A program made the translations under genes and the position numbers. A stretch of DNA of 63,264 nt, counting the filler, from an uncultured bacterium (GTDB lineage: Bacteria; UBA8481): the NCBI GenBank assembly GCA_964499705.1. It is 3 parts of 3 records of this genome, joined end to end, with 100 filler letters (N's around TTAATTAATTAA, not from the genome) between each part and the next. Parts side by side here need not be neighbours in the genome. Positions count along the whole stretch, not along the records: positions 44,128 to 63,264 come from CAZCME010000035.1; 2 more parts are not named here. The stretch is one strand, 5' to 3'. This document shows positions 61,500-63,264 of the stretch, piece by piece. The first letter of the stretch is position 1; each line of letters begins with the position of its first letter. A model generated the notes under the pieces. The model made no database searches. It worked only from the letters and a program-made list of their open reading frames with translations, and was not told where the DNA came from.

Positions 61500-63238
61500 T
61501 GATCGCATTTATTTTTAACGGGATAGGCAGGATGAGCAGGATTCTAAAAAATATTTATCCTGACCATCCTGTCTATCCTGTTGGAATCTTTTGTTGCGTC
61601 CTGTCGTTCTTCGTTGCCGCTCGAGCGGACGTCGTGGACATTCGGATCGACGAATTCCGATCGGACGCCTCGGTCAAGATTGTCGAGCTGGAGAACGGGA
61701 AGACGGTCGTCGGAATCCTGAAACGCGAGATCGAGCGGGCGATCCAGGCCGACACCGGCTTCGCGCTCTCGACGACCGCGATCTTGTCCCTGAACGGCAC
61801 GATCCGCGAACTTTCGATCACCGACCGACGGACAAATGCTCAAGGGTCGCCGCTCGAGCGTCTTGTGAAGATCCGTGTGGATTACGCGGCGTTGGACGAG
61901 GGAACGGGTCGCGACGCTTCGGAACGGAATAACGTCATCGAGGAACTCTCGTATTACACGGACACGTATTCGCTCGAACAGGGACTGACGGACCGCGAGG
62001 CGATCGAGGAAAAACTTCTGATCGCGCTGGCTCATAGGATCGTCAGAGAATTGAACGTGGATTATGCGAAGCTTCCTGTTACTCCTTCGAAGAAGATCGA
62101 TCTGACCGCGGAGGAAAAGGACGAGCTCGACAGGATCGGCGCGGTTCCGGAGGCGCCGACGCCTCCGCACAAGTGGTTCTCCTGGAACCTCGGCTTCGAG
62201 AACGAAGCGATCACTGTGATGGAAGGTTCGCTTGCGGCCGCGGGGCAGAACAAGAGGACGGTCAATCGCTTCTCGCAGAACACGACGGTGAAACTGGAGC
62301 CGATCACGTGGGGCAATTCCGAGCTGAAGGGTGTGGCGATCACGAAGTATCGGCCGGAAGACCTGCGCGAACTGACGCTTCAGCGCGGCGAGCTGGAGTA
62401 TGCGATCAACCCGAACAATCTGCTGAAAGCTGGAACCGTGACCGGTTCGATCTCGAAATACATCTTCGATCAGACATTGGCCGGCGCGACGTTCGAGCGG
62501 AAGATGGAGTTCGGGAAGATGAAGCACAACCTTTTCCTGATGGGGGGCCAGGACTTCAGGGCGGATGGCCTCGGAGATCTGCCGCGCGTCAACTACGGCG
62601 GTTTCTGGAAGAGCGTCTTCGGCGAATGGGGCGAGCTACAGCTCTCCGCCGACGCGACCCGCGACAAGCACTCCTTCCGCAGCACGACGGGCGCGCTGAC
62701 GAATGTGGACAATCGGTTGTACGGCGCGATGGGCAAGTTGAAGACGCCGTTCAAGACGGAGATCACGTTCGAGGCCGACATGTCGGAGCACAAGGAACTG
62801 CGGGAACCGGATACGACGTTCGTGCGCGGAGATCTCCTCGATCTGAAGCTGACCCAGAAGATCCGCGATCTGACGCTCAAAGCGGAATACTACAACGCGG
62901 ACCAGCTCTTCCGGACGATCTTCGGAAGCGCGACGACCGATCGCGAGAAGTCGATGGTCGCGCTGGAGTTGCCCGGGAAATTCCTCTGGCTCGATTACAC
63001 GGCGAAAGGCGACTGGACGCGGACGAACAAGATCGCGCTCCGGACGCTCGTCGAGCAACTCGGAACAGCCGGACTTTCGCTCTCGGCGAAACCCTGGGCG
63101 GAAGGGAAGAACTGGTTCCTGAAGAACATTTCCTTCACGGATGATGTCTCGCTGCGGCGGACATACGACGACGTCGTCGTCGTGGGCACGACACCGGGAA
63201 GCAATCGAGACAACTTCAAGGTGACGATTGTTTTTTAG
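61499..63238 (+). CDS. Outer-membrane protein: N-terminal LptE-like domain plus beta-barrel (possibly incomplete)
   Basis: TGATG overlap; signal ..AARA; LNGTIRE..LVKIRVDY..EAIEEKLLIALAHRIV; amphipathic strands to the end; stop lies 26 nt from the window end. Confidence 0.6.
   Translation: MIAFIFNGIGRMSRILKNIYPDHPVYPVGIFCCVLSFFVAARADVVDIRIDEFRSDASVKIVELENGKTVVGILKREIERAIQADTGFALSTTAILSLNGTIRELSITDRRTNAQGSPLERLVKIRVDYAALDEGTGRDASERNNVIEELSYYTDTYSLEQGLTDREAIEEKLLIALAHRIVRELNVDYAKLPVTPSKKIDLTAEEKDELDRIGAVPEAPTPPHKWFSWNLGFENEAITVMEGSLAAAGQNKRTVNRFSQNTTVKLEPITWGNSELKGVAITKYRPEDLRELTLQRGELEYAINPNNLLKAGTVTGSISKYIFDQTLAGATFERKMEFGKMKHNLFLMGGQDFRADGLGDLPRVNYGGFWKSVFGEWGELQLSADATRDKHSFRSTTGALTNVDNRLYGAMGKLKTPFKTEITFEADMSEHKELREPDTTFVRGDLLDLKLTQKIRDLTLKAEYYNADQLFRTIFGSATTDREKSMVALELPGKFLWLDYTAKGDWTRTNKIALRTLVEQLGTAGLSLSAKPWAEGKNWFLKNISFTDDVSLRRTYDDVVVVGTTPGSNRDNFKVTIVF
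61517..61582. repeat. ATCCTG-based REP-like palindrome (two 26-bp arms)
   Basis: AACGGGATAGGCAGGATGAGCAGGAT (61517-61542) pairs 22/26 with ATCCTGACCATCCTGTCTATCCTGTT (61557-61582). Confidence 0.8.
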
Positions 63239-63264
63239 AATTCGATCTGGGAGATCTACACGGT

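Overview
GC-rich diderm bacterial DNA made of three assembly pieces (1-22428, 22529-44027, 44128-63264) joined by artificial N/TTAATTAATTAA linkers, so linkage across the joins is not established. Piece 1 holds the 3' end of thiC, two paralogous nucleotidyltransferase/small-partner modules, rnhA, rex, a beta-barrel/SGNH pair and the most striking locus, a five-gene minus-strand operon (17203->1318). It encodes a 2258-aa beta-helix/FN3 protein ending in a dockerin, a stand-alone secretin-like domain, a small cohesin+dockerin adaptor, a 2177-aa scaffold (N-terminal cohesin, C-terminal T9SS-type sorting domain) and a PorV-like barrel. This suggests a non-cellulosomal cohesin-dockerin relay anchored by a CTD/PorV system, with the adjacent dockerin and cohesin lying on a low-GC patch. 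Piece 2 holds a nonulosonic-acid cluster (N-acetyl sugar amidotransferase, FAAL-ACP-SGNH fusion, degenerate CBS-nucleotidyltransferase, neuB, neuC, neuA, hisF/hisH paralogs, Cys-less radical SAM/SPASM) and a truncated >3000-aa surface protein with exact 3276-bp and 270-bp periodicity. Piece 3 holds an RHS toxin end plus an orphan RHS remnant, a T2SS/T4P-like cluster, GNAT, desaturase, GT-C, Ppx, three two-component genes, a second PorV/PorQ-like gene and an LptE-like/beta-barrel fusion. The secreted giants are very rich in D-S/T motifs. No rRNA, tRNA, CRISPR array or transposase was recognised. All family calls come from motifs read by eye, not from database searches.
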